Shown one piece after another: positions 9,687-17,955 of a DNA stretch of 32,626 bases (its first letter is position 1; each line of letters begins with the position of its first letter). The notes below the pieces were generated by a model. That model worked only from the letters and a program-made list of their open reading frames with translations. It did no database searches and was not told the origin of the DNA. The translations under genes were made by a program, and so were the position numbers. Source of the stretch: Candidatus Bipolaricaulia bacterium (lineage in GTDB: Bacteria; Bipolaricaulota; Bipolaricaulia; JBHIAT01); assembly GCA_046758705.1 (NCBI GenBank), contig JBHIAT010000021.1, positions 1 through 32,626 of the forward strand. Direction: 5' to 3'.

Positions 9687-11157
9687 TGTTTCGATCGCCT
9701 CCTTGGGCATCGTTCTCGGTGTTGGATCCGGGCTCGATCAACCGTTCCGCTGCCGTCAGCGCCGCGTCCCGGGTGCGGATCTCCCCGGCGAGGATCTGCT
9801 CGTGGACTTTCCCCAGGATCTCGCCGACGCGTGGCCCTTCCGGAACGCCCATCTCGAGGAGATCACGACCGTTAATGAGCGTACCCGGATCGCGGCTATG
9901 ATCGAGCTGGGCGATGTGCTCGGCGACCGCTTCAGCCTCGGCCACCACCGATCTCCATTCGTCCTGGCGGGCGCTCGCCTCGAAGTCATCGATCATCAAC
10001 TCAAGCAGCTTGGCAAACCGCGGGAACCGGGCTTCGAACATTGGGGGGTCCGCTTCAGGGTTTTCGCCCTCCTGCATGAACCGCACCTGCTTCGCCCGCC
10101 TCATCTTCGGAAGATCCGCGATCCGCATGTGGTTCTGTACCAGGTAACGAAGCTCCCCAATCTGATCGTTGGTCAGCCGCAGTCGACGCCCGATCCGGGC
10201 AACGATCTCCGCCCCGATACGCGCGTGACCAGCCACGTTGCGACCTCGATTCTGCTCCAGCGCGATCGGTTTGCCAACGTCGTGGAGCAGGACAGCGAGT
10301 TTTAGAATCGGGTCAGTGATGCCGTGCCTGTCGGCAACCTCCAGGGTGAGCACCAGGTGGTTGAAGACATCGCCCTCCGGGTGATAATGCTTCGGTTGTG
10401 GAGTCCCTCGAGTGACGACCAACTCCGGGAGGATCTCCTCCAACAGACCGTATTCGTCGAGCCACCGAATCCCTTTGGCGGCGTTTGTGGTGCGAAGGAT
10501 CTTGAACAGCTCGTCTCGGATCCGCTCGTTCGAGATCTCCCGGATCCGCGCCGCGTGTGTTTGGATAGCGGTCTCAACCCGGGGATGGATCTTCCCGTCC
10601 AGCTCGCAGGCGCAGCGAACCGCCCGCAGGATCCGCAGATAATCCTCGGCGAACCGCGCCTCCGGGTCGCCGATCGTGTCGATGATTTTCTTCTTAAGAT
10701 CCCGGATTCCGCCGACGTAGTCGACCACCTCACCGTCTCGTTGGGCAGCGAGGCCGTTGATGGTGAGGTCCCGACGCTTGACGTCGGATTCGAGATCACC
10801 GACGAGTTCGACCGCCTCAGGCCATCGCCCCCTGCGGTACGCCCCCTCAACTCGGTAGCTGGCCACCTCGTAAGTTCGGCCGTCTGGGGCGACAACCCTC
10901 ATCACCCCATAGGGTCGACCGACATCGACGACCTTGACATCTCTGAACAACCGCTCGATCTCTTCAGGTGAAGCCGAGGTGGCGATGTCGATGTCCTCAG
11001 GCGGGAACGGATAACCAGGCTCCAATTGGGTCCGCACCCCGTCCCGGACGACCCCTCCGATCAGGACAGCCTCGAAACCAGCGGCCTGCAACCGTTCGAG
11101 GATCTCTTTGACGAACGGATGGCTTCGATAAACTTGCTCGACGTCGATCCTCATCAT
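9676..11157 (-). CDS. cca: CCA tRNA nucleotidyltransferase with HD domain
   Basis: LIGGVVRD, DIDIATSA, DVKRRDLTINGLA, RFAEDYLRILRAVR, ERIRDEL, HPEGDVFNH, LLHDVGKP, LINGRDL..GP.VGEIL. Confidence 0.88.
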   Translation of the reverse strand: MMRIDVEQVYRSHPFVKEILERLQAAGFEAVLIGGVVRDGVRTQLEPGYPFPPEDIDIATSASPEEIERLFRDVKVVDVGRPYGVMRVVAPDGRTYEVASYRVEGAYRRGRWPEAVELVGDLESDVKRRDLTINGLAAQRDGEVVDYVGGIRDLKKKIIDTIGDPEARFAEDYLRILRAVRCACELDGKIHPRVETAIQTHAARIREISNERIRDELFKILRTTNAAKGIRWLDEYGLLEEILPELVVTRGTPQPKHYHPEGDVFNHLVLTLEVADRHGITDPILKLAVLLHDVGKPIALEQNRGRNVAGHARIGAEIVARIGRRLRLTNDQIGELRYLVQNHMRIADLPKMRRAKQVRFMQEGENPEADPPMFEARFPRFAKLLELMIDDFEASARQDEWRSVVAEAEAVAEHIAQLDHSRDPGTLINGRDLLEMGVPEGPRVGEILGKVHEQILAGEIRTRDAALTAAERLIEPGSNTENDAQGGDRNNGL

Positions 11158-11178
11158 ATGAATCCTGCGCTCGATCTA

Positions 11179-11592
11179 CTAAGAACGGCCCAACAGCCTG
11201 CGCAAGAACCCCGGCCCCTCTTCCGGCTCCTGCCATTCCTCGATCGGCCCCTCTGCTTCGACCCGCTTGATCATCTCCTCCCACTTCCCCGCCTCCCGGA
11301 TCTTCGCCTCCCAGAGCCCCACGAACTGATTCATACACTCTCTGGCATCCTGCTTGTTGATGTCGCTAGAGGTGCCCGGGATGTTGCGCATCGATTTCAG
11401 CATTTCATCCAGACCGCCGACGAGCGGTTTGATCCGTGCCTCTCCCTCAACGAGAAAGACCCCAAAGCCGGTGGCGTCGGCGATCAACCCGAAGCTCGAG
11501 TGATCGATCGATTTGTATGGCAGATGGTTGCCGACGAATTCGTTATCCGCTTGTATATATTCCATGTAGACATGGTCTTCCCACTGCTTCAC
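11179..11592 (-). CDS. Hypothetical protein (~137 aa)
   Basis: Fills the gap in a co-directional operon. SD-like AAGGGGTGA before GTG 11592. No recognisable family. Confidence 0.6.
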   Translation of the reverse strand: MKQWEDHVYMEYIQADNEFVGNHLPYKSIDHSSFGLIADATGFGVFLVEGEARIKPLVGGLDEMLKSMRNIPGTSSDINKQDARECMNQFVGLWEAKIREAGKWEEMIKRVEAEGPIEEWQEPEEGPGFLRRLLGRS

Positions 11593-11599
11593 TACAGCA

Positions 11600-12400
11600 T
11601 CACCCCTTACTTGGGTCTCGAACGAGTGTGATGGGATCGCCGTCCCCAAGCCCCAGCGCTTTGGCGGCATCCCCTCGGTTGATCGCGATCTCAACGCAGT
11701 CGTGGCTGCCGACCGTCACCAGCGGGTCTGGTCCCTCGGCGAAGCCGTAGGCAGGCAGCACACGAACCCGCATCTCTTCCTTATGAAGCAGCACCAGCGT
11801 CTCGCCGGAGCCAACGAACGCCCGCAGCAATTCCCCGGCGATGTTGGTGATGAGGTTTCCGAAGCGATCGATGTAGATGATCTCGCCGGTGAGTCGGTCC
11901 CCATCGAGTTGTCCCTGACCAAATTCCAGGTCCACCCAATCGTCGATCGGATTGCCGATCGCCTCGGGCGGGACGCGATTCGCTAAGTGGGCGGCGACCG
12001 GTGCGAAGATATCCCGGCCATGGAATGTACTCGATACGTTAGGACGCATGTAAGTCTGGTCCTGGATCTCGTAGATTTGGGGGGTCCCGAGCCTGTGGGC
12101 CGCCGGGATCAGCAGCCCGTTGTCCGGCCCGACGAACAGCTGATCGTCCGCTGCCACAATCAGCCCCCGTCTTTCAGTACCAACGCCCGGATCGATGACT
12201 GCGCAATGGACCGTATGCGCCGGAAAGTATGGGGCGACCATCTGGAGGACGAACGCCCCCGCCCGCACGTTCTGAGGTTCGACCTCATGAGTGATATCGA
12301 TAAATCGGGCATCACAGATCTCGGCAGCAACGCCCTTCATCGCTGCTGGATAGCCGCTCTGTGAACCGAAGTCGGAGAGAAACGTGACGATTTTGATCAT
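11600..12400 (-). CDS. SAM-dependent chlorinase/fluorinase family (DUF62) SAM hydroxide adenosyltransferase
   Basis: VTFLSDFG, IDITH, VIDPGVGTERR, FVGPDNGL, SSTFHGRDIFAP, YIDRFGNLITN, EIAINRG. Confidence 0.9.
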   Translation of the reverse strand: MIKIVTFLSDFGSQSGYPAAMKGVAAEICDARFIDITHEVEPQNVRAGAFVLQMVAPYFPAHTVHCAVIDPGVGTERRGLIVAADDQLFVGPDNGLLIPAAHRLGTPQIYEIQDQTYMRPNVSSTFHGRDIFAPVAAHLANRVPPEAIGNPIDDWVDLEFGQGQLDGDRLTGEIIYIDRFGNLITNIAGELLRAFVGSGETLVLLHKEEMRVRVLPAYGFAEGPDPLVTVGSHDCVEIAINRGDAAKALGLGDGDPITLVRDPSKG

Positions 12401-12505
12401 CCGAATCGGTTTAATGTTACCCTTCGCCGTCTTGATTTTCAATCCTGCTACACAAGGGTTCCCTTGAAATCTTCCTCAGTGTTTCCTAAAGTTTAAACAC
12501 AGGTT

Positions 12506-13405
12506 ATGACGAATCTGTGGAGGTTGCGGATCAGTCTGATCAGCCGCGGGTTTTTGACGGTGGTGAAGCTGATCGCTTTCCTGTACACGGGGTTCCTCGT
12601 GCTGCTCGGGGAGGCGCTCAACTCACTGGTCGATCTGTTGGTGACCGGATCGCTGATCGCGGGTCGACGGTTGGGAGAGCGCGGTGGAGATCGCGAACAT
12701 CCCTTCGGTCATCGGCGTGTGAACAGCATCGTCTCGCTCATCGCCGCGGTGACGTTCATTACGATCACCAGCTTCCAGCTGGTGCGCGAAGCGGTCCCCA
12801 GACTGATCGAACCGGTGAGGTCGTTCGGTGATCCGAATATCGCGATCTATATCCTCGGCTTCTCGTTCCTGGTCAATCTCGTTCCGCTGATCCTATTGTT
12901 ACCTCGGGAGAGTCAACAAGAACTTCCATTAAAGACCGAGCTTTACGATACGATCAACGATGAGATCTCAATTCTGGCGGCGCTGGCCGGAGTGTGGTTC
13001 GTGTCACGCGGCTTTTACCTCGGCGATCCGATCGCGACGCTGGTGATTGCAGCAATCATTGCATCGAGTGGTGTGATGCTCATCCGAGAGAATACGGAGT
13101 TGCTCCTGGGTCGCTCCCCCGATGACGATTTTTATGAGGAGGCGAAACGGATCATTACCTCGATCGACGGCGTCCGAGGTGTTCACGATATGATCGCTGA
13201 ATACCTCGGTTCCAACGTGATCCACATGGACTTCGACCTGGAGTTGGACCCGGAGATGCCACTCTGGGAGTCCGATCAGATCGTCCAGGCGGTGAAGGAG
13301 CGGTTGAAGGGAGTCGACACTAAGACCATCACCACTTCAATCCATCCGTGTGCCCATCGCGGCGAGGAGCGCAAGCTCGTCGGCCAAGGCGAGGAACCGC
13401 TTTGA
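12506..13405 (+). CDS. Cation diffusion facilitator family transporter
   Basis: DREHPFGH motif, six TM segments, GDPIATLVIA, cytoplasmic ZT-dimer domain (VRGVHD..., IHPC). Confidence 0.88.
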   Translation: MTNLWRLRISLISRGFLTVVKLIAFLYTGFLVLLGEALNSLVDLLVTGSLIAGRRLGERGGDREHPFGHRRVNSIVSLIAAVTFITITSFQLVREAVPRLIEPVRSFGDPNIAIYILGFSFLVNLVPLILLLPRESQQELPLKTELYDTINDEISILAALAGVWFVSRGFYLGDPIATLVIAAIIASSGVMLIRENTELLLGRSPDDDFYEEAKRIITSIDGVRGVHDMIAEYLGSNVIHMDFDLELDPEMPLWESDQIVQAVKERLKGVDTKTITTSIHPCAHRGEERKLVGQGEEPL

Positions 13406-13428
13406 TCACGTACACATGGAGGGGCCCA

Positions 13429-14607
13429 ATGAACAATAGTGCCGAGATCGTGATCGTGGGAGGCGGGATCGTCGGCTGCTGCATCGCCTTCCATCTGACC
13501 CGGATGGGGCAGGAGGGTGTCGTCCTGTTGGAAAAAGATTCGCTAGGCTCAGGATCCACAGGGAGAGCAGCCGGAGTGGTCTCCCAGATGCACTGGAATG
13601 AAACCGATGTCCAACTCGTTCAGGAGAGTACCACCCAGTTTCGCAGGATGGCCGAAGTGTATCCCGATCAGGTTCAGTTTCATCAGATCGGGATGTTACG
13701 GTTGGTCAGCCACGCAACCGAGGCGGACCTTCTCAAACAGCGAGTGGCTGTACAGCAAACGCTCGGAGTGAACATCGAGATGTGGGACGGTCGATGGCTC
13801 AACGAACTGGCCCCCGAGCTGGCTGTCGAGGATGTCGTCGCCGCCGCCTACTGCGCGACCGATGGATATGCCGATCCCCACGAGATGGCCAATGCCTTCG
13901 CTCGCCAAGCTCAAGAGCACGGAGCTCAGATACGTACCGATACCGCATTGACCGGGATCGCGCTCAGAGATGGATCGGTGGAGGCGGTCATGACCAATCG
14001 CGGCAGGATTGCGACCCGCATCCTGGTGAACGCAGCAGGCGTACACGGTCAGGCGGTGGCCGAGATGGCCCACCTTCAACTGCCGTTGAAACCCTATCGG
14101 ACTCAGATGTTGGCCTATGAACTATCCGATTTGGATGTCGATATCACCGCTCTTCCCATCGTTCACGATGTCAGCCACGAGTTCTATTTCAGACCGGAGG
14201 AGGCGGGAAACACGCTGCTGGTTGGAGATGGCACCGAGGAGCGGGAGAGCGATCCGTTCCGATTCAAGCACAACGCCGACCGCGATTTCTTAGAATCCGC
14301 GGCCGAGCGGATCCTTCATCGCTTGCCTTGTGTCAAGGACGCCAAATGGGTAAGCGGGTGGGCCGGACTGTGCAACGCGACTCCGGATCGACACCCGCTT
14401 CTAGGAGAGCACCCAGATGTAAGAGGGTTCATGTTTGCCGTCGGATTCAACGGCTACGGGTTCATGCGGGCGCCGGCGATCGGCCGGGCAGTGGCCGAGA
14501 TGATCTTGGGAGCGGAGCCCACGATCGACCTGTCTCGGTTCCACGTGAGCCGTTTCCATCGGAACCCGCCCGGGGATTTTCCGATCCGCGAGGGGTTTAC
14601 GCTATAA
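13429..14607 (+). CDS. FAD-dependent oxidoreductase (DAO / sarcosine oxidase beta-like)
   Basis: VIVGGGIVG, GSTGRAAG, DGYADP, VNAAG, WAGL..ATPDRHPLLG, GFNGYGF. SD GGAGG before ATG 13429. Confidence 0.88.
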   Translation: MNNSAEIVIVGGGIVGCCIAFHLTRMGQEGVVLLEKDSLGSGSTGRAAGVVSQMHWNETDVQLVQESTTQFRRMAEVYPDQVQFHQIGMLRLVSHATEADLLKQRVAVQQTLGVNIEMWDGRWLNELAPELAVEDVVAAAYCATDGYADPHEMANAFARQAQEHGAQIRTDTALTGIALRDGSVEAVMTNRGRIATRILVNAAGVHGQAVAEMAHLQLPLKPYRTQMLAYELSDLDVDITALPIVHDVSHEFYFRPEEAGNTLLVGDGTEERESDPFRFKHNADRDFLESAAERILHRLPCVKDAKWVSGWAGLCNATPDRHPLLGEHPDVRGFMFAVGFNGYGFMRAPAIGRAVAEMILGAEPTIDLSRFHVSRFHRNPPGDFPIREGFTL

Positions 14608-14627
14608 ATGTCCGTACACCTTAATGA

Positions 14628-14685
14628 CTACAGCCAACCCGCCTCCGCTGGCGCTTTGGCGGGCGGCTGAGCTTTATCGTTAGGC
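14628..14685 (+). mobile_element. Degenerate integron attC site (plus orientation, R'' box lost)
   Basis: ctacagccaacccgcc...ggcgggcggctgagctttatcGTTAGGC: imperfect palindrome with CAGCC/GGCTG arms, ending in a GTTRRRY core at 14679-14685. Confidence 0.65.
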
Positions 14686-14741
14686 GGCTTCTCTACGCAA
14701 AAGTGACTCTTTCGGCAGCCGTCAAAAAGCGCTGCTCGCAC

Positions 14742-14969
14742 TCAGTCACCCACTGCCATCAATACCCGCTTTGCTACCTCCGGCAGCTCGACGGGTGCAA
14801 ACATTGACGCCGGATAGAGATAGCCATCAGGCTCTGATTTGTCCTCATCAATGATGCGGAGCATATTGTGCAACTCCGCTTCCGGATCCGGCAACCTGCG
14901 GTAAACTTTGCCCACAATCAGGCTCGCCGGATTACTGTCGTTGTTGAGGCAGATGACAAAGTCACTCAT
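14742..14969 (-). CDS. Small conserved hypothetical protein, downstream partner of a two-gene TA-like module
   Basis: FVICLNND..ASL..GKVY..LPD..A...LRIIDE...YLYP..MF pattern. ATG overlaps the stop (ATGA) of an upstream remnant. Confidence 0.7.
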   Translation of the reverse strand: MSDFVICLNNDSNPASLIVGKVYRRLPDPEAELHNMLRIIDEDKSEPDGYLYPASMFAPVELPEVAKRVLMAVGD

Positions 14970-15007
14970 CGAATCACCCTCTTGATTTTGAAATCCTTAC
15001 GGCCGAT
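14966..15007 (-). pseudogene. 3' remnant (13 codons plus stop) of the upstream partner gene
   Basis: Translates IGRKDFKIKRVIR*, resembling the recalled C-terminus (WYEAHGIGRKE.KIKR) of the gene usually preceding this small protein. ATGA coupling. Confidence 0.5.
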
Positions 15008-15063
15008 GCAGATCCCAAGACATACGTTCCACGCTCACAACTCAATGACCTTCCTTGTCAAAA

Positions 15064-15097
15064 CGAGCGCGCCGTCAGCTGCATGGGCTTGTTAGGT
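15064..15097 (-). mobile_element. Truncated attC (R''/L'' half) closing the agmatinase cassette
   Basis: Minus strand ACCTAAC AAGCCCATGCAGCTGACGGCGCGCTCG. The complementary right arm is absent. Confidence 0.7.
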
Positions 15098-15153
15098 GGC
15101 CAAGTGAAACAGGCACTCGGCCGGCGCGCTCAGGCCCTCAACCGCGGCGCGCA

Positions 15154-16128
15154 CTAGTCGTTCCTGGCACGCGCTTCCGCCAGCACGCAGAGCAACTCGT
15201 ACATCAGCGTTGCCGCGACCAATGCCGTGTTCCCACTCAGATCAAACGGAGGCGCCACCTCAACCACATCTGCCCCGACAAGCTGAACGCCTCTGAACTT
15301 CCGAATCAAACCCTGACTCTCGATCGTCGTGAACCCGCCCACCTCTGGCGTTCCCGTTCCCGGAGCAAAAGCTGGATCCAGACTGTCGATATCAAAGGAG
15401 AGATACGTCGGTCCCTCACCCACCACCCGCCGGGCCTCCTCGCCCACGGCATCAATGCCAATACGAGCCACTTCGTCCATGAAAATGACACGCATCCCAC
15501 TCGATACCGAGTAGTCCCATCCCTCGGTCGAATTCTGGGCTCCACGAATCCCGATCTGTACAGTTCGCCCCGGATCGATCAGACCTTCTTCAACGGCCCG
15601 GCGGAACGGTGCACCGTGACTATAACTGGAGCCCATGAACTGGTCCCAGGTGTCAGTGTGCGCGTCGATATGAATCAGACCGACCGGCGCCTCGCTCGCC
15701 AACGCCCGAAGGATCGGAAGGGTAATCGAGTGGTCACCTCCAGCGGCTAACGGTACCACACCGGCCCGGCTCATCGAGGAGAAGAACTCCTCGATGTCCT
15801 CGTGGGCTCCCTCTGTGTCATAAACCCGCGTGAACGGTACATCGCCGCCGTCCCCGACGCCACAAAGTTCATAGGGGTTGACATGAGTTGTGGGGTGGAT
15901 CGCTCGCATCATACTTGACGCATTTCGAATCTCGCGAGGACCGTGCCGGGCTCCTGGTCGATTCGTCACCGCGCCGTCGTAAGGAACCCCGACCATTGCG
16001 ATGTCGAAAACGGAGAGATCGTCGACCACAGGCGTTCGCATGAAGGTGGCGATCTCCATGTACCGTGGCGCTAACATGGAATTCTGGCCACTGGGGAATG
16101 GTGCCCTGTTGGATTTGCTCTCAGCCAC
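15154..16128 (-). CDS. Ureohydrolase (agmatinase / guanidinoacid hydrolase family), integron cassette-borne
   Basis: GVPYD, RPGARHGPREIR, GGDHSIT, HIDAHTD, SHGAPF, SFDIDSLDPAFAPGTGTPEVGG, DVVEVAP. Confidence 0.9.
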   Translation of the reverse strand: MAESKSNRAPFPSGQNSMLAPRYMEIATFMRTPVVDDLSVFDIAMVGVPYDGAVTNRPGARHGPREIRNASSMMRAIHPTTHVNPYELCGVGDGGDVPFTRVYDTEGAHEDIEEFFSSMSRAGVVPLAAGGDHSITLPILRALASEAPVGLIHIDAHTDTWDQFMGSSYSHGAPFRRAVEEGLIDPGRTVQIGIRGAQNSTEGWDYSVSSGMRVIFMDEVARIGIDAVGEEARRVVGEGPTYLSFDIDSLDPAFAPGTGTPEVGGFTTIESQGLIRKFRGVQLVGADVVEVAPPFDLSGNTALVAATLMYELLCVLAEARARND

Positions 16129-16161
16129 GCGTCTCGCCCTCCGAGCTTTGGGAGCTTGGCC

Positions 16162-16220
16162 ACCTAACGTCCAAGCTCAGCGGCGCGGCACAGCCGCGTC
16201 CGCTGCAGCGATAGTTAGAA
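16162..16220 (-). mobile_element. Intact 59-bp integron attC site
   Basis: Minus strand TTCTAAC-tatc-GCTgCAGCGGaCGCGGC-tgt-GCCGCGCCGCTGAGC-ttggac-GTTAGGT: R''-like and R' cores, perfect arms apart from two unpaired bases. Confidence 0.88.
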
Positions 16221-16258
16221 GGAGCGTCCCATTGTAGTGACACGTCTGCCGTGTTAAT

Positions 16259-16397
16259 GACCGACCCCACCATCCTGTGTTGGGTAAAACCGACAGGGTG
16301 TCAAGTAAGATTGCTCCTGCAATCTTTGGGGTCGGGAACCGGCCCGCAGGCTCAGCCCTGCTTGAAGCTCGATGACTTTAGGCATCGGGTAGTTCAC
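16259..16397 (+). mobile_element. 139-bp non-autonomous IS200/IS605-type element (MITE/PATE-like) with a TnpB omega-RNA-like right end
   Basis: Ends GAAGCTCGATGACTTTAGGCATCGGGTAGTTCAC (subterminal hairpin + TAGTTCAC). Preceded by TTAAT, no target duplication. Removing it restores the hicA stop and a hicB-like start. Confidence 0.65.
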
Positions 16398-16660
16398 CAT
16401 GGTATCACCTCTGCCTCTTGCAGAAACCTGCGAACCGATCTCACCATCGCTTTATTTGTTATTTGCTTCCTTTTGCGGGTGTGGGCGATGAAACACAGCT
16501 CTGACACCATGTAATGCGACTCGAACTCTGGAACCTCTGCCTTCCGAGATTTCTGCACCCATGGCGATGAACAAAGCTTCGATATCTCTCCAAGCGATAT
16601 TGGCTCGTGTTGGTTCGGCGAAGATCGCTTCCAAGGTTTTTCTGTGCTTCTTCTTCGCAT
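16398..16660 (-). pseudogene. hicA: HicA-family toxin pseudogene (two frameshifts; hicB almost entirely lost)
   Basis: Reconstructed KKHRKTLEAIFAEPTRANIAWRDIEALFIAMGAEISEGRGSRVRVALHGVRAVFHRPHPQKEANKAMVRSVRRFLQEAEVIP. Frameshift after ATG CG and a 7-bp duplication at 16452-16465. Confidence 0.85.
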
Positions 16661-16664
16661 GGGG

Positions 16665-16693
16665 ATAGTATCATAAGATGATACTAATTTCAA
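16665..16693 (-). promoter_or_regulatory. sigma70 promoter with overlapping palindromic operator for hicAB
   Basis: TTGAAA-17-TACTAT with TGn extension. Perfect IR TAGTATCAT-aag-ATGATACTA at 16666-16686. Confidence 0.7.
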
Positions 16694-16841
16694 GGGCTTG
16701 TCTGTTATTTGTATTTGAACGACGGCGGGCTAAAGGCATATTTGCAGCGTTAATCAAGTAGCGTATGTGAAATGAGGTTAGCTCTTGGGACTCTGAGAAA
16801 TCCAAAAAAAGGTGAGGGGTTCACGCTGTAAAGGTATGCCG

Positions 16842-17906
16842 CTAATTAATCCAAGTGTCTCGAATCACGCGAATCCAATTCTCATGAGTCAGCTTGCGCA
16901 AAGCCTCATCATCAAACCCATACTCACGCAACACCCCGAGAAGTCTGGGCAATCCTGTAACATCCCCCATCTCTTTCGATATTGTAGTTCCATCAAAGTC
17001 AGAACCAAAAGCGACGTGATCAATTCCGATGCGCTGAGCAATATAATCAATGTGACGTGCCAGTGCCGTCAGCGGGACATCTCCTTGGAGTCTGCCGTCA
17101 GAGCGCAAATCATAGATCGCAAAAGTAACCCCAACGACTCCGTTTGAATCACCAATTGCCTCCAGTTGTTCATCAGTGAGGTTGCGTGACTTTGGCGCAA
17201 GCGCATGCGCTGCAGAATGCGTTGCAACCAGAGGAGCATCGGACAGTTTTACCACATCCCAAAAACCCTGCTCGTTGAGGTGTGATAGGTCAAGTATTAT
17301 GCCGAGCTTGTTGCATGCACGTACCAATTCCTTACCCGCCTCGGTCAAACCGGGTCCAATGTTCGGAGAGGCAGGGAATTTGAACGGGACACCCCAACCG
17401 AAGGCGTTGGGACGACTCCAAGTGATACCAAGCGAACGCAAACCCAGTTGGTAGAACGCTTCAAGATTGCGCAATTCGGGATCTATCGCCTCAGCTCCCT
17501 CAAAATGTAGGACGACGGCCAACACATTTTGACCTAAACAATCAACCAAGTCCTCGACGCTGTTTACAACCTTGACTGCACCCTTAGCAGCTTCCTCAAG
17601 GTGAAACAAACTTGTGATGATTTCGTTGGTAAATCCATAAGCGTAATCGAAGTCTATTGGATCGGCCAACTTCACTTCGTACCCGTTCTTTGTTGTAGTG
17701 ATTAGATTAGGGTCGAGTGGCCCTGAGTAGTTTGCTGTGGGAGACGGAACAAAGATAGCAAAAAAACCACCACTAAATCCAGCTTCATGAGCGCGGGGGA
17801 GATCGATATGGCCTTTTTCACTCCGAATAAAAAACGAGCGCCCCTCGCCACGCTCTGGCAGGTATAAGTGTACCAATGTGTCATTGTGACCATCGAAAAT
17901 TGGCAT
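16842..17906 (-). CDS. Membrane dipeptidase family (peptidase M19) protein
   Basis: IFDGHND, LHFEGAE, LGITWSRPNAF, DLSHLN, ATHS, RNLTDEQL, FGSDFDG, ENWIRV. Start placed at ATG 17906. Confidence 0.9.
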   Translation of the reverse strand: MPIFDGHNDTLVHLYLPERGEGRSFFIRSEKGHIDLPRAHEAGFSGGFFAIFVPSPTANYSGPLDPNLITTTKNGYEVKLADPIDFDYAYGFTNEIITSLFHLEEAAKGAVKVVNSVEDLVDCLGQNVLAVVLHFEGAEAIDPELRNLEAFYQLGLRSLGITWSRPNAFGWGVPFKFPASPNIGPGLTEAGKELVRACNKLGIILDLSHLNEQGFWDVVKLSDAPLVATHSAAHALAPKSRNLTDEQLEAIGDSNGVVGVTFAIYDLRSDGRLQGDVPLTALARHIDYIAQRIGIDHVAFGSDFDGTTISKEMGDVTGLPRLLGVLREYGFDDEALRKLTHENWIRVIRDTWIN

Positions 17907-17955
17907 ATTACGCCTCGAAGCAGACAAAAACGCCTGGCCTACTCTGGACTGCCAG

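Noticed and set aside
8229-9875. 548-aa plus-strand ORF
   Set aside because: Antisense shadow of the GC-rich UbiD-family gene; no motifs.
11600-12400. Possible halogenase (fluorinase/chlorinase)
   Set aside because: TFHGRD and the housekeeping context fit the common DUF62 SAM hydrolase; no natural-product cluster is nearby.
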